Source: Calditrichia bacterium | Lineage (GTDB): Bacteria; Calditrichota; Calditrichia; JAJRVZ01 | Length of the DNA: 64,000 nt | NCBI GenBank assembly: GCA_963796965.1 | Contig: CAWCNS010000004.1 | Location: forward strand, 704,001-768,000 | Direction of reading: 5' to 3' | Shown here: piece by piece, positions 53,573-63,957 of the stretch | Layout: every line of letters begins with the position of its first letter | How positions within the stretch are numbered: the first letter of the stretch is position 1 | Notes under the pieces: model-generated | The model's input: only the letters and a program-made list of their open reading frames with translations | The model's database searches: none | What the model was told of the DNA's origin: nothing | Position numbers and translations under genes: made by a program

Positions 53573-55150
53573 CTAATTGATTAACGTATCCGCACTCGCC
53601 TGGTTGGCAAGATCCCAGTCATCTTTTTTGATATAACCCCTAAACTCTATCCCAGGGCGCAGATAGTTTTCCTGATCAAATAGGGGGATATATAGATCAC
53701 GATATCCGGGTTTCTTCTCGATATAAAGTTTTCGTATAAGTTCCCTCTCCATGGTAGAATTTATTATAACCAGTGGGGCAATTTCATCAGCTTCAGGAAG
53801 ATGGTTCCACCAGCCCGTTTGGGTGAACTTTCTGAAATACCAGGGGAAGGGCCAGTAATCGTCATCGGGGGCTATGACTTGGATGTGAAGGTTGTTTTTT
53901 TGAGGATGAGATGCTGTGATTTTTTCAGTTTGCTCAACCATTCTAAAAATATCGGGGAGAGGATGCGCATAGACATAAGGATTCTGAGGGCTAGCCGGAT
54001 AGTTAAAGTTCAATTCATAACTTTCCCAAAGCAGATGAATAGAGGCTATCGTGACAAGTATGACAAAAAGATAACGGAACTTGAGTATCGTTATTGTCCT
54101 ATATATATGATTAATGGCATAGGCTGCCAGAAGTACCAAACCGGGTATAAAACCGAGTAAATTCCAGGGGGTCTTATAAGGAATGATTGAAAAGACAGAA
54201 ATCAAAACAATCGTGTAGATAGCCAGAAACCTAAAAAATGGTTCATTAACCTGTTCTCTGCTTCGGCTTTTCAAGGCGATAACAATTCCCACAATGGCAA
54301 AGATCAGAATCAGGGCCTCAGTCCAAAAAAGAGAAGAACCATTTCTAAAAAATAATAATAAGGATAAATAATAATACCAGGGATGAGAATGAATTTCTCC
54401 TCCGCCTGCTCTTAAAAAGTAATTCTTATAGGAGATGAAACCGTCAATGATCCCCTGGGGATATTGGAAGAATGAGGAATAAAAAAACAAAAAAATTATG
54501 ATTGTGGCAATACCAAACAATCCCAGATGGCGAAAATTTAAAGTATCCAGGAAGGATTTTAACTTTCCACTAAAAGAAAAGGCGACAAGCATGGCAAACA
54601 CAAAAATAACCCAGGTTTCTTTCGTGCTGATCATCAGACCAAAAAATATCCCTGTTAAAACTGCCATTTGCCAGGTTCTCTTTTTGAGATATAAATACCC
54701 ACATATTTGCGTGCCGACGAGAAAAAACACCAGAAGTGTTTCATGGATATAGTAGCGGCTGTAATAGACACAAACAGGTGATATAGTCAAATAAAGAATA
54801 CTTATTAATAATACCTGGCGAGATATGTACTTAGAGAGAGCCAGAAATATAGCAATGGTAAACAGACCAAAAAAAACTGTAATAATGCGAAGCGAAAATT
54901 CTGTTAAATCTGGAAATGAGTCAATTGAAAGGATCAGGGATGAAATAAGCGAAGAAAAATAAAGCGTGGGACCATGATACTCAAATGGATCATATATATA
55001 GGTCCCACGCTCCAGAAGGGTGCCAAATTTTACGGCATTAACTGCCTCATCCCCATGTAAGGGTCGTATTTCGAGGGCTGGCCAACGTAAAGATATGGCG
55101 AGTAAAAGTACACAAATGACCAAAAATGATGAATTTTTGTACCACCTCAT
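53573..55150 (-). CDS. GT-C/PMT-like membrane glycosyltransferase (TIGR03663/Agl23-like)
   Basis: RPLHGDEAVN, YDPFEYHGPTL, YYSRYYIHE, PYKTPW, YWPFPWY. Confidence 0.8.
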   Translation of the reverse strand: MRWYKNSSFLVICVLLLAISLRWPALEIRPLHGDEAVNAVKFGTLLERGTYIYDPFEYHGPTLYFSSLISSLILSIDSFPDLTEFSLRIITVFFGLFTIAIFLALSKYISRQVLLISILYLTISPVCVYYSRYYIHETLLVFFLVGTQICGYLYLKKRTWQMAVLTGIFFGLMISTKETWVIFVFAMLVAFSFSGKLKSFLDTLNFRHLGLFGIATIIIFLFFYSSFFQYPQGIIDGFISYKNYFLRAGGGEIHSHPWYYYLSLLLFFRNGSSLFWTEALILIFAIVGIVIALKSRSREQVNEPFFRFLAIYTIVLISVFSIIPYKTPWNLLGFIPGLVLLAAYAINHIYRTITILKFRYLFVILVTIASIHLLWESYELNFNYPASPQNPYVYAHPLPDIFRMVEQTEKITASHPQKNNLHIQVIAPDDDYWPFPWYFRKFTQTGWWNHLPEADEIAPLVIINSTMERELIRKLYIEKKPGYRDLYIPLFDQENYLRPGIEFRGYIKKDDWDLANQASADTLIN

Positions 55151-55824
55151 TTGGCTGGTTTGCCGTGAACTTCTATCTCAATATAATGGTTTAAATCGTT
55201 ATTGGTATTGCCATTGCTGTAACAACGAACGTATCTTCCCTGAACACCCTTGGCATCAATTAGTCGGCCTTCAGCAGTTTCAACATAATGCATATCCTGA
55301 CCAACGCCCTGACCGGATGAATTATCAAGATCATTGTTGTAAACCGTTTGAACACCCGTTATAAAATCAGGATCATCGGAAACCTGAACAACTGTATCAA
55401 AATATACACGTGGTTGTTTGTGAAAATGCCAGACAACGATGGCATACATGGTGTATTTCGCTTCCAAATCAATCGTAACGTACTGTGTAAAAGGTCCTAA
55501 TTCTACAAAACTTCCATCACCGGCTTCCTTGTCACCATCGGTAATCATTTCTATCTCACCGATAATGGGCTCTTCGTCCGTACTGGCAATTGATTTGTTC
55601 AAAGCAACGTTTTTTGTACCTTTGGGCGCCAGAAATGCTGGCCGGGGTTTACCCAATGGTTTCTCCAGATTGGGAACCTGCATGTTTTGGGGTGTACCGA
55701 TAAACATTGCTTTAGGTAATTTGAGATCCAGAGGAACCATCTCAGCATCTTTGCTATCCTGTCCCAATCCTATAGACGCTAATAGAAAGATACTAATTAC
55801 GATAGTTGTCAATATTCTTTGCAT
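55147..55824 (-). CDS. Secreted discoidin/F5-8-like protein
   Basis: Signal peptide; NVALNK, ITDGDK, VTIDL, RYVRCYSNG...EIEVHG. Confidence 0.65.
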   Translation of the reverse strand: MQRILTTIVISIFLLASIGLGQDSKDAEMVPLDLKLPKAMFIGTPQNMQVPNLEKPLGKPRPAFLAPKGTKNVALNKSIASTDEEPIIGEIEMITDGDKEAGDGSFVELGPFTQYVTIDLEAKYTMYAIVVWHFHKQPRVYFDTVVQVSDDPDFITGVQTVYNNDLDNSSGQGVGQDMHYVETAEGRLIDAKGVQGRYVRCYSNGNTNNDLNHYIEIEVHGKPAK

Positions 55825-55873
55825 TGGTTATACTCCTTTATTATTATTGTCGATTTAAATAAGATTTCACTTT

Positions 55874-55966
55874 GTCATTCCGAATCCCGGCCATTCGCCA
55901 GGACAGGCTTGTTTCGGAATCTATTTAGTTTCGCTATCAAAGATTCTGAAATAAATTCAGAATGAC
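55874..55966. repeat. GTCAT...ATGAC element with a 23-bp insertion in its left arm
   Basis: gtcattccgaa[tcccggccattcgccaggacagg]cttgtttcggaatct ... agattctgaaataaattcagaatgac. Confidence 0.8.
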
Positions 55967-56085
55967 CGTTATGCCAATTTTAAAACTTTTGTCATCAAAC
56001 CGCGAACGAATGTTATTTTATATATCTGTATCTGCTTCTAATTCTATGTACTTCGCAAATTAATTTCAGTTTCATTAACTAAAAA

Positions 56086-56709
56086 TTAATTGTTCGATTT
56101 TTCTGTAACGACCATTAATCCAAGCGTATGAAGTATGGCTACAATAAATAAAACCAATGTAGTATAACGATGAATAACGATTAATGTTGCCTGTCCCTCT
56201 GTACCAAAAAGAGGATACATACCTAACACAATGGATAGAATAGCAGGGATGGAAACAAGTAAAAAAAGCCAAAAATAAATCTTCTGCCAGCTGGCTATTC
56301 CATCCTCAAGGGAACATATTCTCTGTACAATTTTATTTTTAAGATTTGGCCAATCAGAAGAAAATAGTCTCTGAGAGTGTGCCCAAAAAACAGCCGTAAG
56401 TGCTAAGGTAACACAAAAGACCGGTGCTACAGTCACATGCAATATTAATGGAAAACCGCTTAAATGACCGCCCAAAAAAAGAATTGGTAAAAAAGCTGTA
56501 AGTGCCAGAAGTGCAAAAGAAATTAGCATTAACTGATAGGAGATAATACGCAGTGATTTAAGCAAGTTATCATCTTTGAATTTGATTAACGTTAAAAAGG
56601 AATGATAAGCATCACCTATACTTTTATTTTCAATTCTCTTATTTTTTACGAGCCAAAAAATCCAGCCCCCAAATGCAATAATTATTATAAGTATTAAGAT
56701 CCGGTACAT
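56086..56709 (-). CDS. Cytochrome b-like membrane subunit
   Basis: TM helices with His in ILHV, IHRY and ILH; adjacent to the multiheme cytochrome. Confidence 0.55.
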   Translation of the reverse strand: MYRILILIIIIAFGGWIFWLVKNKRIENKSIGDAYHSFLTLIKFKDDNLLKSLRIISYQLMLISFALLALTAFLPILFLGGHLSGFPLILHVTVAPVFCVTLALTAVFWAHSQRLFSSDWPNLKNKIVQRICSLEDGIASWQKIYFWLFLLVSIPAILSIVLGMYPLFGTEGQATLIVIHRYTTLVLFIVAILHTLGLMVVTEKSNN

Positions 56710-56721
56710 TTTAATATCTTT

Positions 56722-58599
56722 CTATTTATCTTTACCAACTGTGAGAGTAACGACTGACAGACCTTTGAATGCGTATAGAAGTACAATTCCGATAATTACA
56801 AATACTGAAATGATGATAATTACTTTTAACCAGGGTCGGAACAGAAAAGAAAATGAAAAAATCCATGAACCTATTTGGTTGGTGTCCTGAAAATCAATCA
56901 TTTTGACTATGGCAGCATTATTCAGATTCAAAGGTGAATCCATAGCGATTTTGCTATAAAAGAACGGTGAGGTTGTGGAATGACAGTCATTACAATTACG
57001 CACGCCTAATGATTGCCGTGCAGGGCGAACATCATGTGCAATTGCCCAGGTATAGGGTTGCGCTGCCGGGTGTTCATTTTTGCTTAGCAATCCCTGATCC
57101 GTTTTTTGATATAAATATCCTCCGCTAATAAAGACATAGTCGGATTTATCTTTCTGATCCATTTCCAGGGAGTCCAGAACCTTCACAATACTGTCTGGTG
57201 CCAGGTCTAACCACTGTCCTGTATGAAGGGTATCATAATTGACTAAAAGTGCTTCGGTTATCGGTCGGATTTGATCCATGGCTAGGGGTGTGATCGTATC
57301 CCCTGACATTTTTCCCCAGAAGGAAGGCCAGATCAAATTATGGGGTGCTATTTTGCCATCATCGCCAGTCATCAAAACCGGAGATAGTATATGTGGCAAC
57401 ATTTCATCAGTTTTAACATAGCCATGAACACCTAAGGCATGGGCCATGGAGGTTTTAACCGCACCTGTCTCCTCATTGGGCCACGTACCCGAATGACACG
57501 CCGTACAGGATAATTTTTCGAAGTGGATAGTGGGGATGCCCGGATGTTCTGGCAGGGGAGCGCCAGCTGTACCTGCGAAAGGATACTCATCATCATCCGT
57601 GTTACCAATATGACAGCCCTCACAAGTGAGACTTGCTGAATGCACATTATTATTGGCCGGTTGACCTTCATAACCTCTGGCCATTTGATGGTCCAATCCG
57701 TTCTGATGACAATCTACGCATTTCATCCCGGAAAGGAGATGTACATCATTGCTTGAATGCGGCGCTACTGGCTTTTTGTTGTCTATGATTTTTGTTGAAT
57801 GGCAATAATAACAGTTTTCATCAGGAATGTTTTTGGTGATATTAAAATATACTTCATTTTTAGAATTAAAACGGCTATGATCATATTGAATCATTGGTGG
57901 TAAGGCATTGATATTGGACGGAGCAGAACCTGCATAAAGATCGTATTGTTCAGACATCTCCTTTGCATTGCCTTCAACCGTGGCAAAAGCACTCGTAGCT
58001 GAGGCCGCCCAGCGAAAATTTTGCTTCGCTACCTGAGGTGCATAAACAGCCTGATTATGTGCAAATTCTGCATCATGGCAACTCAAGCAGTTAATCTCCA
58101 GATCCCCGGAAACCTCCCATCTGAACAAGTTTTCCAATGACCGCAGCGCTTTGTTTTCTCCCACACCACCTCCGGGCATCTGCCGACCAAAGGTTTGGAC
58201 AAACGTCATTGTTGAAAAACCGATTTGTTGTGGTTTGTAGGTACCTTTCCAGTCTCGGAATGAAAGTGGGATCTGTGTAGAACTTTGCTGATCGATAAAT
58301 ATCCAGGGATGTCCTGGCCGGCCTGAATCAGCGCCCGAGTCAGCAGCATTAAAATGCCATCCCATTTTGATTTGATTATAGTCATGACATTTACCGCATG
58401 TATTTTTCGGTGAGAAAGGCATTAAAGGCTGATCATCCAGGCGCACGGTAGAACTGTCTTCATCGATGAGATTTATTAGGTGGACTGATTTTGAACGATT
58501 GCCGTCAGGAATATCTCCAAGCAAGGGTTCCTGAGAAAATAATAACGATGCAGACGCAAAAATCAGAACAATAATCGTAAGTTTGGTTATTTGTGTCAA
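56722..58599 (-). CDS. Multiheme cytochrome c (7 CxxCH) with C-terminal TM anchor
   Basis: CGKCH, CLSCH, CYYCH, CVDCH, CEGCH, CTACH, CNDCH; signal peptide. Confidence 0.9.
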   Translation of the reverse strand: MTQITKLTIIVLIFASASLLFSQEPLLGDIPDGNRSKSVHLINLIDEDSSTVRLDDQPLMPFSPKNTCGKCHDYNQIKMGWHFNAADSGADSGRPGHPWIFIDQQSSTQIPLSFRDWKGTYKPQQIGFSTMTFVQTFGRQMPGGGVGENKALRSLENLFRWEVSGDLEINCLSCHDAEFAHNQAVYAPQVAKQNFRWAASATSAFATVEGNAKEMSEQYDLYAGSAPSNINALPPMIQYDHSRFNSKNEVYFNITKNIPDENCYYCHSTKIIDNKKPVAPHSSNDVHLLSGMKCVDCHQNGLDHQMARGYEGQPANNNVHSASLTCEGCHIGNTDDDEYPFAGTAGAPLPEHPGIPTIHFEKLSCTACHSGTWPNEETGAVKTSMAHALGVHGYVKTDEMLPHILSPVLMTGDDGKIAPHNLIWPSFWGKMSGDTITPLAMDQIRPITEALLVNYDTLHTGQWLDLAPDSIVKVLDSLEMDQKDKSDYVFISGGYLYQKTDQGLLSKNEHPAAQPYTWAIAHDVRPARQSLGVRNCNDCHSTTSPFFYSKIAMDSPLNLNNAAIVKMIDFQDTNQIGSWIFSFSFLFRPWLKVIIIISVFVIIGIVLLYAFKGLSVVTLTVGKDK

Positions 58600-59957
58600 A
58601 TCTTGAACTCCTTCGCCTGAAACTTCAGTTTTCTTCCAGCCTCGACAGCATCATTTACTTTAAGTACGGTTACAGCCGTTTCATAGCCATCTTCAACAGG
58701 GCAATTTAATTCGGCTGTTCCCCGGATAGCACCAAAGAAATTCTCCAGATGTGGTTTATGATAAGGGTCATTAAACACAATGGGGAGTTCATATTTCGGT
58801 GGTGCCACAGTTTCTCTTACATCGAGGACCACACCTGGTTTTGGCTTTGCTTCTTCTTTAGGCGCTAGAACATATCCCATCTCAACCCATTTTTCCCATT
58901 GGGGGGCTAATTGTTCCCGGTACACAGCACCTCTGGCAGCTGATTCTGAGATCTGCAGGGTACCTTCATTGCCTAAAAAATTCTCATAATAGCCTAAGCT
59001 ACTATTGGTCGTTATCGTTTGGTAAAAAGCCCTTACCATACCATCTTTTGTTTTGTATTCATAGGTGGCCAAAACTGAATCATACCATTCGTGGGTTTTT
59101 TTATCGTAGTAATCGGTTCCGCCACTGGCCATCACAGAAACAGGATGGCTTTTCAAAAACCAATTATATATATCAATCTGGTGTGAACCAAGGTCAACCA
59201 CCGGACCACCGCCCAAACCTTTGTACCAACGCCAATTACGGAACTGATGCATATTTTTAAACCCATACCTTTTTAGAACGGCATTAGGAACAGCATATTT
59301 TTCCGGATATCCTAAATCAGGTTGAACACCTCTATTCCATTGACCATTGACGGTCGTAATACGACCTAAAATATTGGCTTCGTTAAGTAATACATTATAG
59401 CAATATCTGTAACGGGGGTTGCTACGACGCTGATGTCCGATCTGCACTTTCTTGTTGCTTGCTTTTGCTGCTTTTACAATTCTCCTTGCGCCGGCTAATG
59501 TATTTGACATTTCTTTTTCACAATAGACGTGTAATCCGGCTCTTAAACAATCTTCAGCGTGGGTAGCATGCCAGAAATCCGGGGTGGCAATGATTACGGC
59601 ATCTAATTCTTTTTCTTTTGCCAGCATGTCCCGGTGATCTTCGTAGGCATTTAAATCATGACCATATTTCTTCAACAAACGATAGGCACGTTTTAAATTA
59701 TAATCTTTCCAAATATCGCAGACGGCTTTAAAACGAATATTTGGAATCTTTAACATGGCATTCATAAGTACCTGGCCTTCAGAGCCGCACCCAAGTAAGG
59801 CAATGTTTAAGTGGTTGGAATCATTAGCTTTAGCCTTAGACATTATCATCGGCGATAATATAATTCCCGCTCCTGCCGCTGCACTTGTTTTAACAAAATT
59901 TCTGCGGCTGATATCTTTGTTACTGTTTGATAAATGCTTCTTCTCTTGATAGTTCAT
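58596..59957 (-). CDS. Tat-exported Gfo/Idh/MocA oxidoreductase
   Basis: SRRNFVK twin-arginine signal, GCGSEG, ATPDFWH, CEKEM, DLGSHQID. Confidence 0.9.
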   Translation of the reverse strand: MNYQEKKHLSNSNKDISRRNFVKTSAAAGAGIILSPMIMSKAKANDSNHLNIALLGCGSEGQVLMNAMLKIPNIRFKAVCDIWKDYNLKRAYRLLKKYGHDLNAYEDHRDMLAKEKELDAVIIATPDFWHATHAEDCLRAGLHVYCEKEMSNTLAGARRIVKAAKASNKKVQIGHQRRSNPRYRYCYNVLLNEANILGRITTVNGQWNRGVQPDLGYPEKYAVPNAVLKRYGFKNMHQFRNWRWYKGLGGGPVVDLGSHQIDIYNWFLKSHPVSVMASGGTDYYDKKTHEWYDSVLATYEYKTKDGMVRAFYQTITTNSSLGYYENFLGNEGTLQISESAARGAVYREQLAPQWEKWVEMGYVLAPKEEAKPKPGVVLDVRETVAPPKYELPIVFNDPYHKPHLENFFGAIRGTAELNCPVEDGYETAVTVLKVNDAVEAGRKLKFQAKEFKI

Positions 59958-60331
59958 GATTTTACCCAATTTATATGTATTTAAATTAATTACATGAAAT
60001 CCCTGGGACATAAATATGATTTGTTATAGAAAATGCATCACTGGGTGAGGTTTTTGACCAGGACAAATTTTATTCTACAACTTACCAACTCAACAACAGT
60101 TTTAATACGAGGTAATCGGGGGAAATTTAGCGAATTCCTGTTCCGTTCCGGGTTTGCCGTTAATTTAACGACTTACGATCAATATTTAAAGTCTTTTTCT
60201 ATTGAAAAATGAAATATAGCTAATAAAAACCCGGAGATTCTTGTAAAATCAGTCTTCACCAAAGCTCATATATGCGACTGAAATTTTGGAAAACTACATT
60301 TAAGCGTAGCGTCGTTTGGTGAGAGAAAAGA

Positions 60332-60430
60332 TAAACACAAAGAACACTAAGGAGGCACAGAGTTCACAAAGAAGTTCTATAAATTAAAAACTTTGTGCTC
60401 TTTGTGCTTTCTTTGTGCCCTTTGTGTTTA
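60332..60430. repeat. Gene-less copy of the GxxExxY cassette arms (19-bp spacer)
   Basis: Reverse complement of 60391-60429 matches 231-269 at 35/39; left arm 60332-60371. Confidence 0.85.
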
Positions 60431-60446
60431 GTTTTTTTTTATTTCC

Positions 60447-63400
60447 TCAATAATTAAGCTCTCTCAACTGTATATTACGGTATTCTATCTTCGAAGAATG
60501 GTTCTGCAAACCGATAAAACCCTTTCTCCTTTTTAATCCGGGATGGGCGCGGGTCTGGTCCATATAATTTATTAAATTGGCATTGATGATTTCTTCCCCA
60601 TTGAGAAAAACGTTTACCTGAGGGCCGTCACAGATTATTTTCATCTTTTGCCATTGATCCGCTTTTTTTGTCATCCGTTTCGATGGGGCCTGAACACCAT
60701 AGATACTTCCCGTGTACTGCCAGGCATTTAGTTCTGCATACATGTCAGCATAATCGTCCAGAACCTGAAACTCCATACCGACATAGGCAGGATTTCCCTC
60801 GCGGGGTGTCCGAAGGAAAACACCACTGTTTCCATCGGGGGGGACACGGAATTCTAATTCTAATTCAAAATCTGAAAACTCACGGGTTGTTGAAATCCAA
60901 CCGCCTCCTTCTCCCTCGGTTAACAAAATACCATTCTCAGCCCGCCAGCTTCCTTCCTTAGCGCCGACCAGTTCCCAACCGGTTAAATCCGAGCCGTTAA
61001 ATAATGCACCATTAAACAAACCTTCATCTTCTGGTAGTTCTTTTATAAAAATATTTTTAAAATAAAGGGGACTGTGATGTGCTTGTAATTCAATCGCATC
61101 GCTGGCATAAATTGGTTTGTCGCGTTCCCAGTAATTCTCCATCAATACATCGTTAACGACAAGTCTACCATTCAAATATACCGTCACTTTTGAACCAAGC
61201 ATGATGATACGAAATCTATTCCATTCTCCAACAGGATTGTCGGCCATCCGGGATGGATTACTTGGATTTTTCTGATTGTTATAGAGCCCTCCTGAACCGA
61301 TTGGATTTGTTTCAGGATCCCATATCTGGACCTGGGGAGAACCCCTTAAATAAATTCCACTATCACCGTCTTTTTCTATCTTCCAGTCTACAAGTAATTC
61401 AAAATTTCCAAAATCTTTCAAGGTGCAAAGACTCTGTCCTTTTCCATCGAAGCATAGAATACCATCGATCACACGCCAATGTTCCCGCATTATTTGGTCT
61501 GCTTCGATTTGTGCATCAGCGAGTTCTTCTGCGCTCATTTTGGCCCGTTTTATGGGATTCTCAACCAGACCTTTCCACCCTGTGAGATCTTTTCCATTAA
61601 ATAGAGCCGTATAACCTTCGGGTACAAAGAGAGAATCTGCTTCTCTTTCTTCTGTCTTCTCTCCTCTCAAAGTTGAAATTAGCGTCCTGGCTACCTGATC
61701 ATTCTGTAGATTTGGTTTGTCTCTCATCGGAGCCGAAATAACGAGTGCCGCTCTTGCAGCATCATCACCCAATTTTGGATCCATGATAAATTCTGATACA
61801 TGGGCAAGTGATTCTTCGGAACGAATGGATGACATGGCTGAAAGGATAGATACTTTCTCCTCATCACGATCGGCGGCATCTAATAATCGTTTACAGACAT
61901 CTACCTCGTAATTTGAACCAAGTTCATTCTCTCCAAGGATTTGTAAGGCGCCTCTGATGGCTAAAACCCGATGTGTCGTGTTTTTGGATTTACCAGAAAG
62001 CTCTACCAGAGGCTCCAGGGCTTCATACCCCGACCACTTGGCAAGAGTGCGGATAGCGGCATCTTTGATCTCTGTATCCTTGCTTTTTGTCTCGTCCAAA
62101 ATAAAATTTAAACTTTGCTTGCCCCCTATACGCGCAAACAATGGTAAAATAAGAATTTTTTGATCCGGGGTGGCCAATTGGTATGAACTAATTATCGGCT
62201 CTAGTTGTTTGTCCCGGTTTTTTATTCTGGAGGCAACCTTTACAACGGCATCTGCTGCCACCTTTTGCTCCGTTTTTTCTTCACTATTTATAAAATGCGT
62301 TAATACACTCTGATATTCATCGGGTCCGGCTAATGATTCTAATGCTTTTAAAGCGGTAATACGAACCGATAACGTGTCATCATTTACTAAGTTACCTATC
62401 GGTTGGGTAAAATCTTTTGCCTGACGTTCTGTGAGAATCTCTAACGCGCAGATCTTTGCATTTAGTGAATAGGCTTTCATTCCAGAGGCCATGTCAGCAA
62501 TAAACAGATCACCTGATACCTGGAGAAGTACGTTTTTAAGAGCAATAATCTCCTCATCGTCTTTGCTCTCAGCCAGGGATTCTAATAAAAGAGTTGCCAG
62601 CTGTTTATCTGCATCATATCCGGCGAGAGCATTGATAGAACTAATTCGGACCAATTTATTCTCATCTTTGATATACTCTAAGATGATCTCTCGCGTTGCG
62701 CTATAATGTCGTCTGCCAAATGTATAGATTATGTCGGATTGAATTTCAGGAGAAGCGTTCTTGAGAAGATCCACTAAGCCTGATAACAAGGCGTTGTTTT
62801 CGGTTTTTGTGGCTAATTCCAATGCAGCAATTCGTGACTTTTGATCACCGTTTTTTATAAAAGTTACAAGTTCTGGCATTGCCTGGGCATTTAGACGTTT
62901 CAGCAGTTCAGAAAGAGCATCAATTTGTGTGTTCTGTTTATATTTACCACTCTCGTCATTTATGATCTCCCGCAGATGCGAAACGGCCAGATCTTTGTTT
63001 TTAATATTTTCCAACCACAGAATATATAATGAATTGATATAACTCTGATCATTTAAACTGTAACCCGAATAGTCTGATTCAAATAATGTGGCGGCTGATG
63101 GATAACCCATATTCGCCAGCGCGTAAACAACACCAAGATGAAGTTCCTTTTTGGTCTCGTCAGCAAATGTCAAGATCTCTTCTGCTGCAGGCGTATACCC
63201 AAGGTCACCAAGGCTTTTTATAATAGAAATACGATTTTGCTCGGATACGTTTGCAATACTTTTTTGCAAGGCGAGACCTGATTGTGGTGTGTTTATGGCC
63301 ACCAGGGCCTGACAGGCGGGATTGCATAAAACCGGATCGCTTAAAAAGCCGGAAAGATGAGGGACGGAATTTGCATCCCCGGAATAATTTAAAAGATTGA

Positions 63401-63806
63401 TGATCCGGGTTTTCTTGGGATTGTCCAGTTTTGATTGTAATATTTTGTAGATACCGGAGAGAAGCATTTGTCTCTGACTCTCCATCCCCGTTCGCATTAC
63501 ATAAAAGTTCAGGCTTGTCAAAGCATTCTGGGCTGATTCTTTTTCCTCATCCTTATCACTATCAAGCATTTTTCCAATATAGACAATGGCTTTGGACCCG
63601 CGACGGAGAATGGTTTCATTTACCAGAATTGCCTTTAGGGTATCCTCGGTGGGATGTTGGGTTACCAACTGATGGAGAAACGTGTCTGAATTGTCATCAG
63701 AAAGATATTTAGCCGTTTGATTGGTGCTACTGCATCCGAAAATAATAAGAGATACAAATATTACAATTGTTTTTAAAGACATACCGCTTTTTTTCGTTTT
63801 TATCAT
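60447..63806 (-). CDS. Lipoprotein with HEAT repeats and two DUF1080 (3-keto-glycoside hydratase-like) domains
   Basis: Lipobox IFGC; HEAT repeats; LFNGKDLTGW..GDSGIYLRG..ELQAH and LFNGSDLTGW..GNSGVFLR..GLQNH. Confidence 0.88.
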   Translation of the reverse strand: MIKTKKSGMSLKTIVIFVSLIIFGCSSTNQTAKYLSDDNSDTFLHQLVTQHPTEDTLKAILVNETILRRGSKAIVYIGKMLDSDKDEEKESAQNALTSLNFYVMRTGMESQRQMLLSGIYKILQSKLDNPKKTRIINLLNYSGDANSVPHLSGFLSDPVLCNPACQALVAINTPQSGLALQKSIANVSEQNRISIIKSLGDLGYTPAAEEILTFADETKKELHLGVVYALANMGYPSAATLFESDYSGYSLNDQSYINSLYILWLENIKNKDLAVSHLREIINDESGKYKQNTQIDALSELLKRLNAQAMPELVTFIKNGDQKSRIAALELATKTENNALLSGLVDLLKNASPEIQSDIIYTFGRRHYSATREIILEYIKDENKLVRISSINALAGYDADKQLATLLLESLAESKDDEEIIALKNVLLQVSGDLFIADMASGMKAYSLNAKICALEILTERQAKDFTQPIGNLVNDDTLSVRITALKALESLAGPDEYQSVLTHFINSEEKTEQKVAADAVVKVASRIKNRDKQLEPIISSYQLATPDQKILILPLFARIGGKQSLNFILDETKSKDTEIKDAAIRTLAKWSGYEALEPLVELSGKSKNTTHRVLAIRGALQILGENELGSNYEVDVCKRLLDAADRDEEKVSILSAMSSIRSEESLAHVSEFIMDPKLGDDAARAALVISAPMRDKPNLQNDQVARTLISTLRGEKTEEREADSLFVPEGYTALFNGKDLTGWKGLVENPIKRAKMSAEELADAQIEADQIMREHWRVIDGILCFDGKGQSLCTLKDFGNFELLVDWKIEKDGDSGIYLRGSPQVQIWDPETNPIGSGGLYNNQKNPSNPSRMADNPVGEWNRFRIIMLGSKVTVYLNGRLVVNDVLMENYWERDKPIYASDAIELQAHHSPLYFKNIFIKELPEDEGLFNGALFNGSDLTGWELVGAKEGSWRAENGILLTEGEGGGWISTTREFSDFELELEFRVPPDGNSGVFLRTPREGNPAYVGMEFQVLDDYADMYAELNAWQYTGSIYGVQAPSKRMTKKADQWQKMKIICDGPQVNVFLNGEEIINANLINYMDQTRAHPGLKRRKGFIGLQNHSSKIEYRNIQLRELNY

Positions 63807-63876
63807 TTGTGATATCCTGATATAATGTTTACCAATATTTATGTTTAAATATGAAGAAAATCGTGAATAATTACAT

Positions 63877-63957
63877 GTCATCCTGAACTTGTTTCAGGAT
63901 CTAATCGCTTAACTTTTATGAGATTCCGAAATCCCGAACTTTGTTCGGGAGAATGAC
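63877..63957. repeat. GTCAT...ATGAC element with a hairpin inside its right arm
   Basis: gtcatcctgaacttgtttcaggatct ... agattccgaa[atcccgaactttgttcggga]gaatgac. Confidence 0.8.

Noticed and set aside
60110..60170. c-di-GMP-I riboswitch-like GGCAAAC...CGC motif on the minus strand upstream of the Gfo/Idh/MocA gene
   Set aside because: The GNRA-capped stem and second stem are not evident by eye; an Infernal/Rfam scan would be needed.
63807..63881. N-terminal extension of the DUF1080 protein in the ORF track
   Set aside because: That ATG overlaps the palindromic repeat; the lipoprotein signal fits a start at 63806 or just downstream.
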